DNA of 64,000 nt from Glycera tridactyla (taxonomy: Eukaryota), in contig OZ286465.1 in assembly GCA_965644265.1 (NCBI GenBank), positions 8,556,001 to 8,620,000 on the forward strand, given 5' to 3'. The translations under genes were made by a program, and so were the position numbers. Shown here in pieces: positions 12,401 through 26,200 of the stretch. Under the pieces are notes generated by a model, which was not told the origin of the DNA, did not search any database, and worked only from the letters and a program-made list of their open reading frames with translations. The stretch's first letter is position 1; the number at the start of each line of letters is the position of its first letter.

Positions 12401-15400
12401 ACCTTCTCTAGTGAGAGAAAACGCTCTTTGTTTCCAAGTATGTGCCAGACTGGAAGTGATTTTACGATCCTAGTTGCAGTTACTAATTAGTCTTTAGAAA
12501 TCCGTCATTCCAGTAGTGTCCAGTGGTTTGTAGCATCATAGCTCTAGGTGTCATGGATCCTGAAAGATGTCATCGGATGCAATTGAGTATAGTCAGTATC
12601 GAGCATTTGCCAATGATTGTATCATGAGCGCGCTGTCTGTCATTAGCCTAGCCATCATTGACCGAAGTCATCTCTGTCTGCTATTGCAGGAACACACTAG
12701 GCAATAGTGATATCATTCCATCTGGTTGAAGCGCATACACTCGTCCACTCGATATTATCACCTACCCATGAACCTTCACACACATGCTTACACACAAACA
12801 CAGACATTCGCACAGAAAAATACTCAAAAGCTGAGCAAAACGTATCTACAAGATGGTACATCCATACTGACAGGGGCGTGATAAAACTGTATCATCTTTG
12901 TGGAAGAAATATTTCCTTCAATGCCATGACAATGGATTCCATTATTTTCCAAAAGATAAGACATGGTGATTGCCATCTCAGAATGAATGGGATCTGGTTG
13001 CAACATATATGTATCTCCCCCTAGATGGCAGTCGAGACATGCTGAATGCGTCAGCAAACCAATATCAACAATCGGTTATGATGTCTGGCTGCCTTCCAAA
13101 TATTTCATGATCCAGCCAGTTTCGTTCACTATGTAAGCAATTAGAATGAAGCGATGCGGTTCTGGGTGTGCTATCCCGTTCTCCTCAGAATGAGCAGCAT
13201 TATTGTTGGGTACTTGATTTCGTAGCTGATGACGGGATGAAGCCGCTGACTGTGACTCCCAGCTATGCTCATCTCCTGACGCCATCTAGTGGCTGCTCAC
13301 ACCGACTACTGCGCCATGCTTACAATAGCGCAGGCCAGCCAGCGTCGAGGGAAGTCAGACATTCGTAGCTGTTCAATATGAGATTTCTGTCCGATGAAAT
13401 TGACTATGAATATCGGAGATGGATGATTGAGCAGGGTTGTGAATTGTCATTTGCTCCTCACTAGTGATCTTCACCATTATCCTCCCAATGTCTGTGCCAA
13501 GTTTCCCTGCAAATCAGCTATCTGCTGCTGGGAGACTGGTCGAGGAGTTTGCAACTGAGGGAGATGTTGGGTGATGGGGTAGCGCTAGTCTGACGTGGGA
13601 TCGTCCCTGCCTCGATACCATGACCTTGTTATTATTCTGGCCGTATCAGATGGCCACCAGAAGCCAATTCATCTTTGCCTTTCACTATGTGTATTTTCCT
13701 ATAATGCACCCATAATCCATGTTCGCACTTTGTCAATTTTTCACGATAGTTGTGTTGTAGGGTGTAGGCAGAACAGGGATAGCTTTCATGTAGTCAACAG
13801 ATTTTCTTTATTACCCTTGATATTGAATCGATTCTCTAAGTTCTTAGTATAGAAGAGTTCAGATTTTGTTGCGAAACCGATATAACAGTTTGAGTGGCGA
13901 GCGTTGATAAGAGTGGTTGTAACTAGGTAGCAGGCCTGTAGGTGGCCACTAACTGAATCCGAGAAATCATATTCATGTGTTTTAACAAGCGCTTCTCATG
14001 CATGCACAAGGTAAGAGTGCTGGTGTTTGGTATCCTACGATGAATTATTTGACGAGAGAAACGTGCCCTTGTATAAGATAGTGGGTCACTTGTTAAGGAT
14101 ATGGCGCATTCTGTCAGCCTGACCAGGTTGAGGGAACTACCTAACTGTATTCAGCACACCTGTGACAGCGTGTCAGGCAGTTAGGGATTGTGCGCACCTA
14201 CCTCCTAGGAATGCCTGTGTCGAGATGTAATGTATGGCATCCTCTCAGCTGTTAAGTGTTTTGGCTAGTATTCTATAGTCAATCCTCATATTTCATGAGA
14301 TCAATCCGTGCTGCACGAGAAGACTCACTACTTCTCTATGGACACAAAGTTTTTTCTAAGCTTCGCTTTTATTTGCCGATGACACTACCAGCCTTCTAAA
14401 CCAGAATTCTTGATGAACTTTCATGCACTTCATGTACCTATATCATTGAATATTACAAATGAGAAAATACCCTTCAATTATAAGATGGTGATATATTCCT
14501 GATACTATTTGAGTTCGGATTCGTTTCATATTTGTTTATGTTTCATCACGTTTTGTGAGATGTTTTCGATGATTTGCTTCATCATTACCTTACTTTACCA
14601 TGGTATGATAAACCTATCACAAGAAAAAGGATGTAGCTTGTAGGTCTCATGGTTCGTGAATGACTGTTGCTTCTTTTCTTTCAACTGCTGAAGCATGTCA
14701 AATCAAATTGTTTGGGCCCACTAAGTAAGATTGTTCATAAGCCAGTCGGTATCACATACCCTGGTTCATGTCCTTTTTTTAATCCAATATTTGTGATTTT
14801 GTCAGCCCTGTCCTGATTTTCAAATTGGTAGTCCTGTATTTGTCCGAGACACTGAATCTACTTTTTGTGGCAACCATGGATCTTTTTACCATACTTTCTG
14901 TTCACACATGATTTCTGGCTTATTGTTTATTATGCTTCATTGGATTTATGGTGCTTGGAAATGACTGCATTGACAGCATGACACAAAGGTAACCGAAGTG
15001 CATGGTAATACTGTGACTCCTCATGCCTACCACCACCACCCCTCCTCCTCACCAGAACACTCTCACATTGGCAGCAATATCTGGGGCCACTGCTCATCAA
15101 TGAATGATTGTGGAGTAATGACACTTCTCGTCGAGTAATGCACCACCCACCTTACATTGAAACCATCTCATTGCTGATGACATTGAATCTCTTTACGTCA
15201 ATCAAATTGTTCGGACGAATTTCACGAAACACTGCAACCATTTGGCGACCATTAGACAAAATACCCGAGCAGATGAGTTTCTCATTTTGGTGGACAAAGC
15301 CATACATTTTAATGATTGAATCTATTTCGGCTCAAGTTCAACTTTGAGGCACTGCCAGTATGTCCTTCTTAGGAGAGGTCTGAGAAACCCCAGACAGGGC

Positions 15401-18400
15401 AGAAGTGACTCATCATTTCGTGATAGTTAGTAGACTGTGAATGCCAACAGATCTCATGACGAAATGAGAGAGCACATGTACAGGCACAGTCGCTGATCAT
15501 TGGGGATGCTGATATGCCATTTATCTACATGATTCGNNNNNNNNNNNNNNNNNNNNNNNNNNNNNNNNNNNNNNNNNNNNNNNNNNNNNNNNNNNNNNNN
15601 NNNNNNNNNNNNNNNNNNNNNNNNNNNNNNNNNNNNNNNNNNNNNNNNNNNNNNNNNNNNNNNNNNNNNNNNNNNNNNNNNNNNNNNNNNNNNNNNNNNN
15701 NNNNNNNNNNNNNNNNNNNNNNNNNNNNNNNNNNNNNNNNNNNNNNNNNNNNNNNNNNNNNNNNNNNNNNNNNNNNNNNNNNNNNNNNNNNNNNNNNNNN
15801 NNNNNNNNNNNNNNNNNNNNNNNNNNNNNNNNNNNNNNNNNNNNNNNNNNNNNNNNNNNNNTACAGGGAGACACAATTGCACCATATCTGTTCATAATCA
15901 TCCTTGACTATGCCCTATGTCAGGCGATATCAGGAAACGAGGAACAATATGGCTTCACAATGACACCCAGAAAGAGTGGAAGAGTTGGGCCCACAAAACA
16001 AACTGACCTAGACTTTGCAGACAACATTGCACTGGTATCCAACAACATCGAGCAGGCACAACAGTTACTCCTGAATGTGGAACAGGAATGCAGAAAAGTG
16101 GGACTGAGGCTCAATGGAAAGAAGACCGAGGTGATGGCATATAACATCAATGAAGATGTCAAGATCAAGACGTTGGACAACTCAGTCCTAGCAGTCAAGG
16201 CTGATTTCAAATACCTTGGCTCCTACATCAGTTCGTCAGAGAAAGACATCAGAATTCGGAAAAGCCAAGCATGGCAGGCTCTCCATAAAGTTAAGAATAT
16301 GTGGCCGTCTGGTATGGCTGATAGCCTCAAGAGACGGCTATTTGTTGCAACAGTTGAATCCATTCTGCTTCATGGCTCAGAAGCTTGGACACGCACTTCA
16401 TAACAGGAGGCAAGACTTGATGGGTGTCACACCCGCATGCTCAGAATGGCCTTAAATGTCTCATGGAGAGATCATGTCAGCAATGAGATACTGTACGGTG
16501 AACTCCCTTGTGTCTTGACAAAAATTAGGACTCGCCGCCTCCGGATGACTGGACACTGCGTACAACACGAGGAACTGGCAGTCAGCAACCTCATCCTATG
16601 GGAGTCGGCCCACTGGGTGGTCCCACATGGTGGACAACAATACACCTTCGTTGACCAATTAAGAAGAGACACTGGACTGAGATCTGCAGCTGAAATCAAG
16701 TCCTGCATGGAGGACCACGAAATCTGGTGTGCCAGAGACCCGANNNNNNNNNNNNNNNNNNNNNNNNNNNNNNNNNNNNNNNNNNNNNNNNNNNNNNNNN
16801 NNNNNNNNNNNNNNNNNNNNNNNNNNNNNNNNNNNNNNNNNNNNNNNNNNNNNNNNNNNNNNNNNNNNNNNNNNNNNNNNNNNNNNNNNNNNNNNNNNNN
16901 NNNNNNNNNNNNNNNNNNATATATATTTCTTGGACTTGATCTGACAGAATTTGAAGATGGCAGTGATCTTGTTTCTGCGGATGTCATGGAGTGAGAGATG
17001 CTGTCATAGGATTTCTCGCCTTGTGAAGATGACATAGGTTTCAGCATGATCTTTGACGCCTCAGATTGGCCTGGATTATAGGCGGTATGGTCATCAGTCG
17101 ACATGGTAACCGAGACCAGATAAGGCATTCAGCACATTATGTCAAATGGGCTGTGAAATTATGCTACAGCATATTGCAGTCAGTGTGGACTTATAGATTA
17201 GTTATCTCACTGAGGTCTCCGTCAACTAGAATGTTTCAAGGTACCACATGATGGCAGAACACCAGGAATCATCATGGGAGATTTTCGAGAAAAAATAATA
17301 TTGATTCGTTGAAATTTGATTTGATTTTTTCTTGTGATAGATGAAAGACCTGATGGGGAGTCCAGTTTCCACTTATTATAGCACGAAATTCGTTGACAGT
17401 TGCGTTTTCCGTCTATCACGTCTCATATGTTCATCATTTCACTTTTGATCATTGTCTCGAATCATGGTAGACACGTTGATGTCGATAATCACATAAACAA
17501 AGGGACTAGTGGATCGTAGGGCCTGATCATTGCATTCCTCAGAACATTGTGAGTGGGTCTGGCTGACGACTCGGTCAGTAAGTACAGGGTACTCGGTTCT
17601 TGATGGGGTCAAACATTGTTCTCTCTCGTAGGTGAGAATGTGGTATGGCTGGCGCTGGACTCCCTACAATGGCTGTCACATTGAATTCACTTAACTGCAT
17701 ATTTATCTTCACTTATTTGACAATTGTCTAATTCTCATGATCTCATTCAATATGGCGGTAGTGGAGAAAACTGAGCCCTGCGATGGCTTCTACACCTCAC
17801 TTTCTCATGTGAGTCGTCGAGGACACAATCCTGAGTATATTTCATGGATCGGTCATGATGAGCTTGGAGTGCTGCTATTTGCTACTGACAGAATCTGATC
17901 ACCGCTCGGTGGAATACATACGACATGTTTGGTGAAATACTCAGGTTGTGGACTTGCTCAATGTACTCTCACAATCCTGACACACTGATCATTGACGTGG
18001 ATTATGCGAGTCAATGAGGTCATGCCAGATTGATGCAATAGTTGGGAGGAGCGTGGCCTGAAGTGCAATGAGGACTGGCAAGGATACCCGACCAAGCTCA
18101 TGGCCACCTCGATGAGCTTGCACAACTGACTGTTTCCGCCCATGTTGATCTGAGCAGGTACAATTCTGGATAAGACTTAGGCAGATGATATCTGACTCAT
18201 ACAGATGACTCCATGGGACCAGTGAATCACCTGCCCAGATACTGATTGTCAGACAGTACCATTGGAATGAGAAGGAACATCCTCAAACATTCTCTGCTAG
18301 ATTTCCTGTCTAAATTATCAACAACTCTTCAGAAATACGGACTCATAGACACATCCAAACAGTTCTTGAACAAGTAACAAATGATGTATCCCCACTGAGA

Positions 18401-20227
18401 AATGATATGACATATATACATGCTCCTATTGGCGATGATAGCGTTTGGGATGGTGCTAACAGAGCTAGGTACTGGGGATGTATATGGGTTATATGGATAT
18501 AGCCAGCCGCGGGTGGAGACCTAATCAAATCAATCAATTAGTGACGGCATGAATCAGCACCTCGCCAATTCCAGACTATGATGATCAGAGATGTCTAAAT
18601 TTGACAATTTCCAATTATTCAATTCACAGCACCCATCTAGGTTCTTACCCACATGCCTGACATTGTCACCACCTTCCCACGTGAATGTGTTTTTGACTCA
18701 TATTGTGGCATACATCAATTTTGAAGAATTTTCCATGAACTAAACTTAATGTATACATACACTTTTCAAGTCCTTTTTAGAGAGTGAGATTTTGCAACCA
18801 GGCTTTGAGAACTGGTTTTGCTTCCACCAAATTGACGTGTCCATCCCTGTCATTTGCCAGCCTGGTTGCTGGATATTGAAACCTGATAAAGTTCTGGTGG
18901 AGAGTTGGTAGGGCTGTGGTATACTTTGATGTGCGCATGAGTGTGTGGTGTGAGTGTATGGTTTGTAGTGTATCTGTTGTGGTGTATACCCTCCGGTCAT
19001 CTGAACTGGTCCCACGCGTGACCTTCAACTGTCGGTGACGTGGATGCAGTACATTTCTGTCATCGAACTCTGTTCCTCTATAACCTTCACACATTCAATC
19101 CAAAGTTGATTTCTGCAATTCTCATTTGGTCTGTGGTGTATATCATGTATTTTTTGCATCGATGCATACACCACAGCAGGGCACAGAGGATTGCATCCCA
19201 GTGAGAATTGTTCATATAAAATGCAGTCTTTGAAGATCAGGGCATTCTTGTGTCACCATATGAATACATTTTCAGACGAATCAATGGAAATTGTGTTGGA
19301 ACATATAGCAAGAGTCAATTTGAAGACGAAGTGCATGCCACTGATGTTGTTGGAACTCATCGTCGTAAGAGGACATAATTCTGTGAGGATGATATATGTG
19401 TATATATATGTATCCATGAAATGTATCGCATACACATTGCTGCAAACCATTCCATAATTTACCAGGCCTTCCCAGTCAAGTGTTATTTCATACAGACCAT
19501 GCTAGAGTACAGTGATCATGACTTGAACACGCCGTCAGTTCTTGTGATAGTCGGAGTGTTGATGCGCCGACTACACAATACAGATCTCCATCTACATGCT
19601 CTCACCAGAGAACCTTGCCTATTTCATCTGCGCTCCAGCGCATTTCATCTCAGATATCTGCACATTACACCTGCATCTTTTGAACTATCCTTGTTCTATC
19701 TCGACATGATGTCACTACATTGGTTTATCGTCCATATTACAAGCAATATTTCGTATTGAGTCGTTGACGTCATCCTCTGATCGGAGTTTTCACCCGTCAG
19801 CTGTGTGCATTCAAGGGGATGATGTTTTTAAGGAACTCATGTCGGGATGACTGATGGTGGACAGATGACGGAGATCTGGATATTTATTAACAAATAGCAT
19901 ACTCCATGCTGAATTGTGACAATGGCGTCTGTTCGGTCCTGCTTGCTTACTCTGGCTGTCCCCCCCCCCTACAATAGTGACACGTGTTCAGCCCAAGTAT
20001 GGTTGTAGACCCCCCATTTACCACCCGGTAATCAAGGCTTGTCTCAGATGAATATTAGGTGTCATTGTATGTGTGCTGTACTGACTAACATCTCCTTCTA
20101 ACCACCTTTTCACATATTTCAAGACAACTTTCATCCTCACCTATTGCTGTGATATGTGTTTCACTAACATTTGATCTGCATTGACTCCTTTTTGGTATTG
20201 TAATGGGACAGCTTCTGTCAGATCTCA

Positions 20228-20286
<59 letters not shown>

Positions 20287-23200
20287 CCACACATACACAC
20301 ATACACATACAGACACACACACAAAGAGACACANNNNNNNNNNNNNNNNNNNNNNNNNNNNNNNNNNNNNNNNNNNNNNNNNNNNNNNNNNNNNNNNNNN
20401 NNNNNNNNNNNNNNNNNNNNNNNNNNNNNNNNNNNNNNNNNNNNNNNNNNNNNNNNNNNNNNNNNNNNNNNNNNNNNNAGGCAACCTGAGAACGTAGTGG
20501 GTCATGTTTGAAATACAGTGGACTTGCTCCAATAAATTTGCCCGATGGTAGGCTAGCTTGGCATTGGGAGAGATGGTTTTTCTTCAAGTAAGACCATTTT
20601 GAAGTGAAATGAAATAGAAACTTCAACATAGACCCAACTGGACAAGCTTTGTTTGGGACACTTGGCTTCTATCCCATGTTTTTATGAACTCATATCCTGA
20701 GGTTTTAGTCGTTAGATGTGTGACAGATTAGGTTCAGATTTATTCTAGGATTACACTTGATTACCTGAAATGTGGAAGTGTGAAACTTGTGAATATAACA
20801 TGGTGGTCAGGTCGGCAGATTAGCTTGAAATGTTCTTCTCTCTGCCCATAGCGAGATCAGCCAGATCATTATTGTGCTTATAAACACAACTCCTTTTTAT
20901 TTGTTGATATGATTTGATCCCTCTCTTCATATTTTTGATATTACATTGATGTTGGTTGTGTTTTTGTACTCCTTTTCCATTTTCATTATACCCTCTTCTT
21001 GTCTCATTATTTGAGTGTTTCATAATTTTGATAATTTGCTTCGGTACATTATTAAATCAGAACCGTCCATTCGCTTTTCTTGTTCTGACAATTTTGATCG
21101 ACAATAACCTTCCTTCTAAATGTGACAATGTGGTAATCATTCTTTATTAAGTGCATAAATTGAATATGAATGATATGCAGAATATTCCATCATGATAGAG
21201 GTATTGTAATACTTCTGATCTCTGCTGGAATAAGATGGAATATACACCTGTATTGCAGATCATTTATCATTTCTTCCTGCATGATAATATCAGAAAGTCG
21301 GTGTGATGATTGTTTATACTATATTCCGGACTGATGTGGGACGGGACTGTCATGTCTCGCTGCCAGGGTGCCAACATAGCAACAGGCATCCTCGCCATAC
21401 ATGTTGTTTTCATTCTCTTAGCCTAATTTCTCAGTTGTGTACAATGTATGAATCGAAGTCAAATTCACCACTTTCAAACCTATCCTCTTTAAATATTCCC
21501 CATCCATGGGATATCTGCTATGATATCTCATGGGTTTCATCCAATGTACGTCGTGCTGTGGTTTCAGTGTGTGTATGGTTTCTATGGCTCCATATTCTTA
21601 ATAACATGATCTCTATTTTATTCTGTGTGACGATAATGTTTATCAAGATGGTCCAATCCTCTTCTTACATGCAAATCACTAGTTACGTATTGAGTTAGAA
21701 TTGAATAGCGTCATCCCCGCTGCAGCAAACGGAAGAGTAATGAACTTGCTCATCAGGTATATCCTGAAATCGTGACATGGTCCACCTGGCGAACTCGACG
21801 TAATCTATCCACCCTGTCTTGTATTTCAGCTGGGATGTTCACACCTGGACAAGGCTTATGTCTTCTGATTAGGATGTACTTCATTATTCAATATCATTGG
21901 CCAATCAAGCTAGAAATTTGATACAGATAAACTCTGTCTAATCCAAACGTTGCGGATACGTTTCACTCGACAGATTCACTTTTTTGTCTGATCTGAATCT
22001 TAATGACATGACAGTATGATATAGCTCTATAGAACCTGGTATCAGTCAGTACATTGGCATTATTGGCGAGTATTTGTTCGTGAAACAGTGCTAGGGCGAA
22101 AAAGGTAGTGGCCACGATTGAAGATGACCGACTCTGGCCCGAACCATTCCTCAGTGTATACGGGTGGATCGTGGTGGCCAGTCAGCGATTACATTTCATT
22201 TGTCCGCATACTAAGCTCAGAGAATGCACCCCATCCAAGAACGTCATTGCGATAGCAAGGCAGGGAGGGGTTTAGCAGGGGTTGGTTCTGGTTTAACATC
22301 ACATCAGTGCTATATATGCTATATCGTGACGCCCACGCAACGGACATGTGTGGGAGCATCAGAATCCGCTCCTCCGGCTCCTCAACAGAAGGAGATATTC
22401 TATGAAAGAGGCATGGTGGCATGGTGTATGTATGAACAAACGGAAATGAATGAAGGCACGAATCTATAGGTACTATCTACAAAATACAATGTCGAGCCAG
22501 CACGTCCCAGGTTGTTTAGATCTTGATTCGATTCAGAGATGAGCAAATAAGCTATATTTTAAGTTGTGAGATTATGTCCCGCATTGAAATGGATGGCTCC
22601 CAGTGTATCAAAGGAATGAATTCTCATCTGGAACTGTTCACTTCATCTTTCTAGGGTCTGAAGTTGATGACATCGGTTGCTCAACCCGTGTTTGATCGCA
22701 CCAATGAAACGGTGAGTGCTGCGATATGGGTGTCTAAACCTACATCTTCTCAGCTGATGCAATTAATGATTTTCCAGTGAAATATGGTATTTATCTTGAT
22801 CTTCCAAGCAGTTTCATGATCCTCAATACATAGAGATGACCCAGACCAAGTTGCTCATATTGAGATCAATCTATGGATGGCCAGTGAAGAGATGATTGCA
22901 TTTGAGTTATTGTGGAAGCCTCCTGCATGCTGTCGTTTGTTAGCGGTATTGGATTATCATGGCCAAAGACATTGATCGAAGATTATGGTATGGTATCTTT
23001 CATGAGGATGTCTGCATCATCTGAATGTCTAACAGAAGGATGTGTGTGATATTCAACATCTAAAGACCTGACAACTGGTCATCAACTATTTTCCCTCTGA
23101 TGCAAATGGATTCGATCATATTTCCACATTATAGCTCTTGATTCACCATAAAGAGAGCTAAAAATCTCGAACCTATTTCTATAATTTATATTCGTTCCTG

Positions 23201-26200
23201 TTCACTGTAATCTACAAGGGACATACACTACTATGTCATGTCAAAGTTTTCACAGCTTTCACCTTGCATGTCCACGTTATGAGTAATACCAACTCTCTGT
23301 TGGGCTCCTCCCCACGATTGGAAAATGAGGAGAAAGTGCTTTAGGTCTGTATATGAAATCTTTGTATCTCTTTTAGTTCCATGATGGCAATCTACTTGGG
23401 GTGATGGGCACAGATGTTCCTCTCAAAGAGTTAACCAAACTGACACCAAATTACAAGGTAAGGCAATGCCCCTGATTTTCACTTGTCGTAGGAATTTCAT
23501 TGCAGTATCACAAATGTCCACTAGTCTAGATATACCAGAGATACACTAATGCCTCCTGATCTTTTTTCTGATACTGGTATATGTTCATCACATGACGAAT
23601 ATGAACGAAAAAGTGTGCTGCCATGTACATCATATGAATGGAATAAATCTCAAAAGGAGTGTTTTATCATGTGTTATTTCATANNNNNNNNNNNNNNNNN
23701 NNNNNNNNNNNNNNNNNNNNNNNNNNNNNNNNNNNNNNNNNNNNNNNNNNNNNNNNNNNNNNNNNNNNNNNNNNNNNNNNNNNNNNNNNNNNNNNNNNNN
23801 NNNNNNNNNNNNNNNNNNNNNNNNNATAATTTGCATCAGAGTGATTATATGGATTGATATGTTTCAATTGTGATTTCTCTTATTGGATCTTTATTCACAC
23901 AGCTCGGAGTGAATGGTTACGCATTTGCCATCACCAACAATGGATATGTCCTATTCCATCCTGATTTCAGGCCTACGGTGAGTGAGATATATCTCAGCCA
24001 TGGTTATCTGTATATCAGTTGTTGAAATCATATACACAAAGGCGCAATAACTCTATAGCATGAATGATGTTCACAGGAAGTTGAGCAACTAAATAACCAT
24101 TGTCATCTACAGTGATATTTCAGTAAATGTTCAGCTGATGTTCTCACTAGTCCACACTGGAAATAGTGCTGCGCCCCTCTGACTTCTATAAAGGATGATG
24201 TAATCTTCTCCAATATGTTTCTACTTGTATATGTGCACTCTGGATACGCGAATTATTCACCGTCAAGCGACTTCATATTCCCGTCATATTCCCGTCCATA
24301 GTGCAAGTAGCAGTAATTCTAGAATCCCTCTTATCAAAAGTGTAGTGCCCTTTTTTTTCTCCATATCACAGTCCTCCCTAATGCTTGCTACATAATGTTT
24401 CTGATTTCAGTGCTAATGACTTGCCAGTAATCGACGCTCCTGTTGATTGTACATATTTGTAACTTTTCCAGGAAAAAGATCAGGTGAAGCCAAACTATAA
24501 TAGTGTGGATCTCGCAGAAGTCGAGCTTTGGGAAGAGGCCGTTCAGGTGAGACCAACCTCTTTTCTTTACACAGCCACATTTTCAAGTGAACCAATTCAA
24601 GTTGTCATCAGCGGTACTGAAGTCGATATCTGTATTGAGCTGATGGTGCAGCAGTACTGAGCTTGTTTTGCAGATCTTTAGTTAGCATTGGTCGGAATAG
24701 GGTCAGATGTTGTGGTCCTCGTGCTCCAATGGAGAACTTTCATAGTAGCGTATATGCATATACATTTATCTAACACTGAATGTTACGGGGAAAGAGGCGT
24801 ATTTCTGTAGTATCTCTCGATCTCTCAAGTTTGTACGTATGGGTTGATGGATGGATGGATGTTGTGCGTGGGTTTGCGTGCATTCATTCATGCATGTAAG
24901 GTTTTTAATGTCTGATGTCGGGTTACAATATATCATTGATCAGTCTTTGCCCATTTGGCTATGATATCCAGTATAGTCGAATCCATCTACAAAGACCACC
25001 CTCGGTTGTATAAAAAAGTGGCCTTGTGAATAGGTGACCTTTGGACAGAGGTCATTTACTGTAGAACATATTCTCATATTCACGGTTCAAGATGGCCTTT
25101 GTAGACAGGTGGTCCTCTTATGGAGATGGTGTGTGAGATATAAGTTTGCACATGTTCATGCCTGTTACTGTGAAATATGGATATCTTGTCTGATCCATCT
25201 CATGCCATTATCTGATTCACAAGTAGTACCCGTGAGTGGCCGATGCTTTTTCTATCTGACCGTGTCTTTCATAATCAGGCAGTTGTTGATAATGGTGATG
25301 TGCTGTTGAATTTTCCATTGCAATATGTGAATAGGAATTTTCAAACTCTATGTTTCGAATCGACCCCGGTTTGAGAGGGTGGCTGGGTGGGTGGCTGGGT
25401 GGGTTAATGATGGTTTCTGACTAATAACTCAAAAGGTTTCAGGGCTAGCCTTTTAAAATTTGGCGTACAGACTTCCCTAGGATCTGGTGAGACCCCTATC
25501 GATTTTGAGGTGGCCATATTGAATTTCAAGGTCACTGAGTGCAAAAAGGTGAAAACGGTTTCCGACCCATAACCCAGAAAGTCTCAGGGCCAGCCTTTTC
25601 AAACTTGGTGTACAGACTCCCCTAGAGTCTGGTAAGACTTCCATCGATTTTGCGTCGGCCATATTGAATTTCGAGGTCAGTGAGTGCAAAAAGGTCAAAA
25701 CAGTTTCTGACTAATGACTCGAAAAGTTTCAGGGCTAGCCTTTCCAAACTTGGTCTGCAGACTCTCCTAGGATATGACAAGACACCTGTCTACTGAGTAC
25801 AAAAGGTCACACCAGTTTCCAGACAATAACTTCAAAAGTGTCAGGCTAGCCTTTTCAAACTCGCTGTAAAAACTGTCCTAGGCTAGGACATTTTGGTTGG
25901 TCATCTTAGATCCCAAAGTCATTGAGTGTGAAAAAGTATTAGTTTTGTTCTATTTCACTTCTCTAGTCCAATCTTCCTGTGACAAGCATGCACTCAGCGG
26001 GGCATTCACACTCACTGAGTGCATCTAGTTCTCAACCTAAATGTGTCAGTAATAATTGAAACTTCAGTTTGAGTTGCTACTGTATGCTTCTCTTCTGTTA
26101 TCAAATGAATCACACTTATACATGCCAGGCCAACTACCACCTCGCCTTGTATATCTCAAAATCTACCTTTTTGTATCTTGTCTGTTTCAAAGTTTGAGTG

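Noticed and set aside
13990-14016. Strong donor cacaag/gtaaga giving a possible 21-nt exon
   Set aside because: Only a weak AAG acceptor and an uninformative peptide.
17543-17583. cctcag...ggtca/gtaagt possible exon
   Set aside because: 35 nt, not a multiple of 3, and a stop in phase 0.
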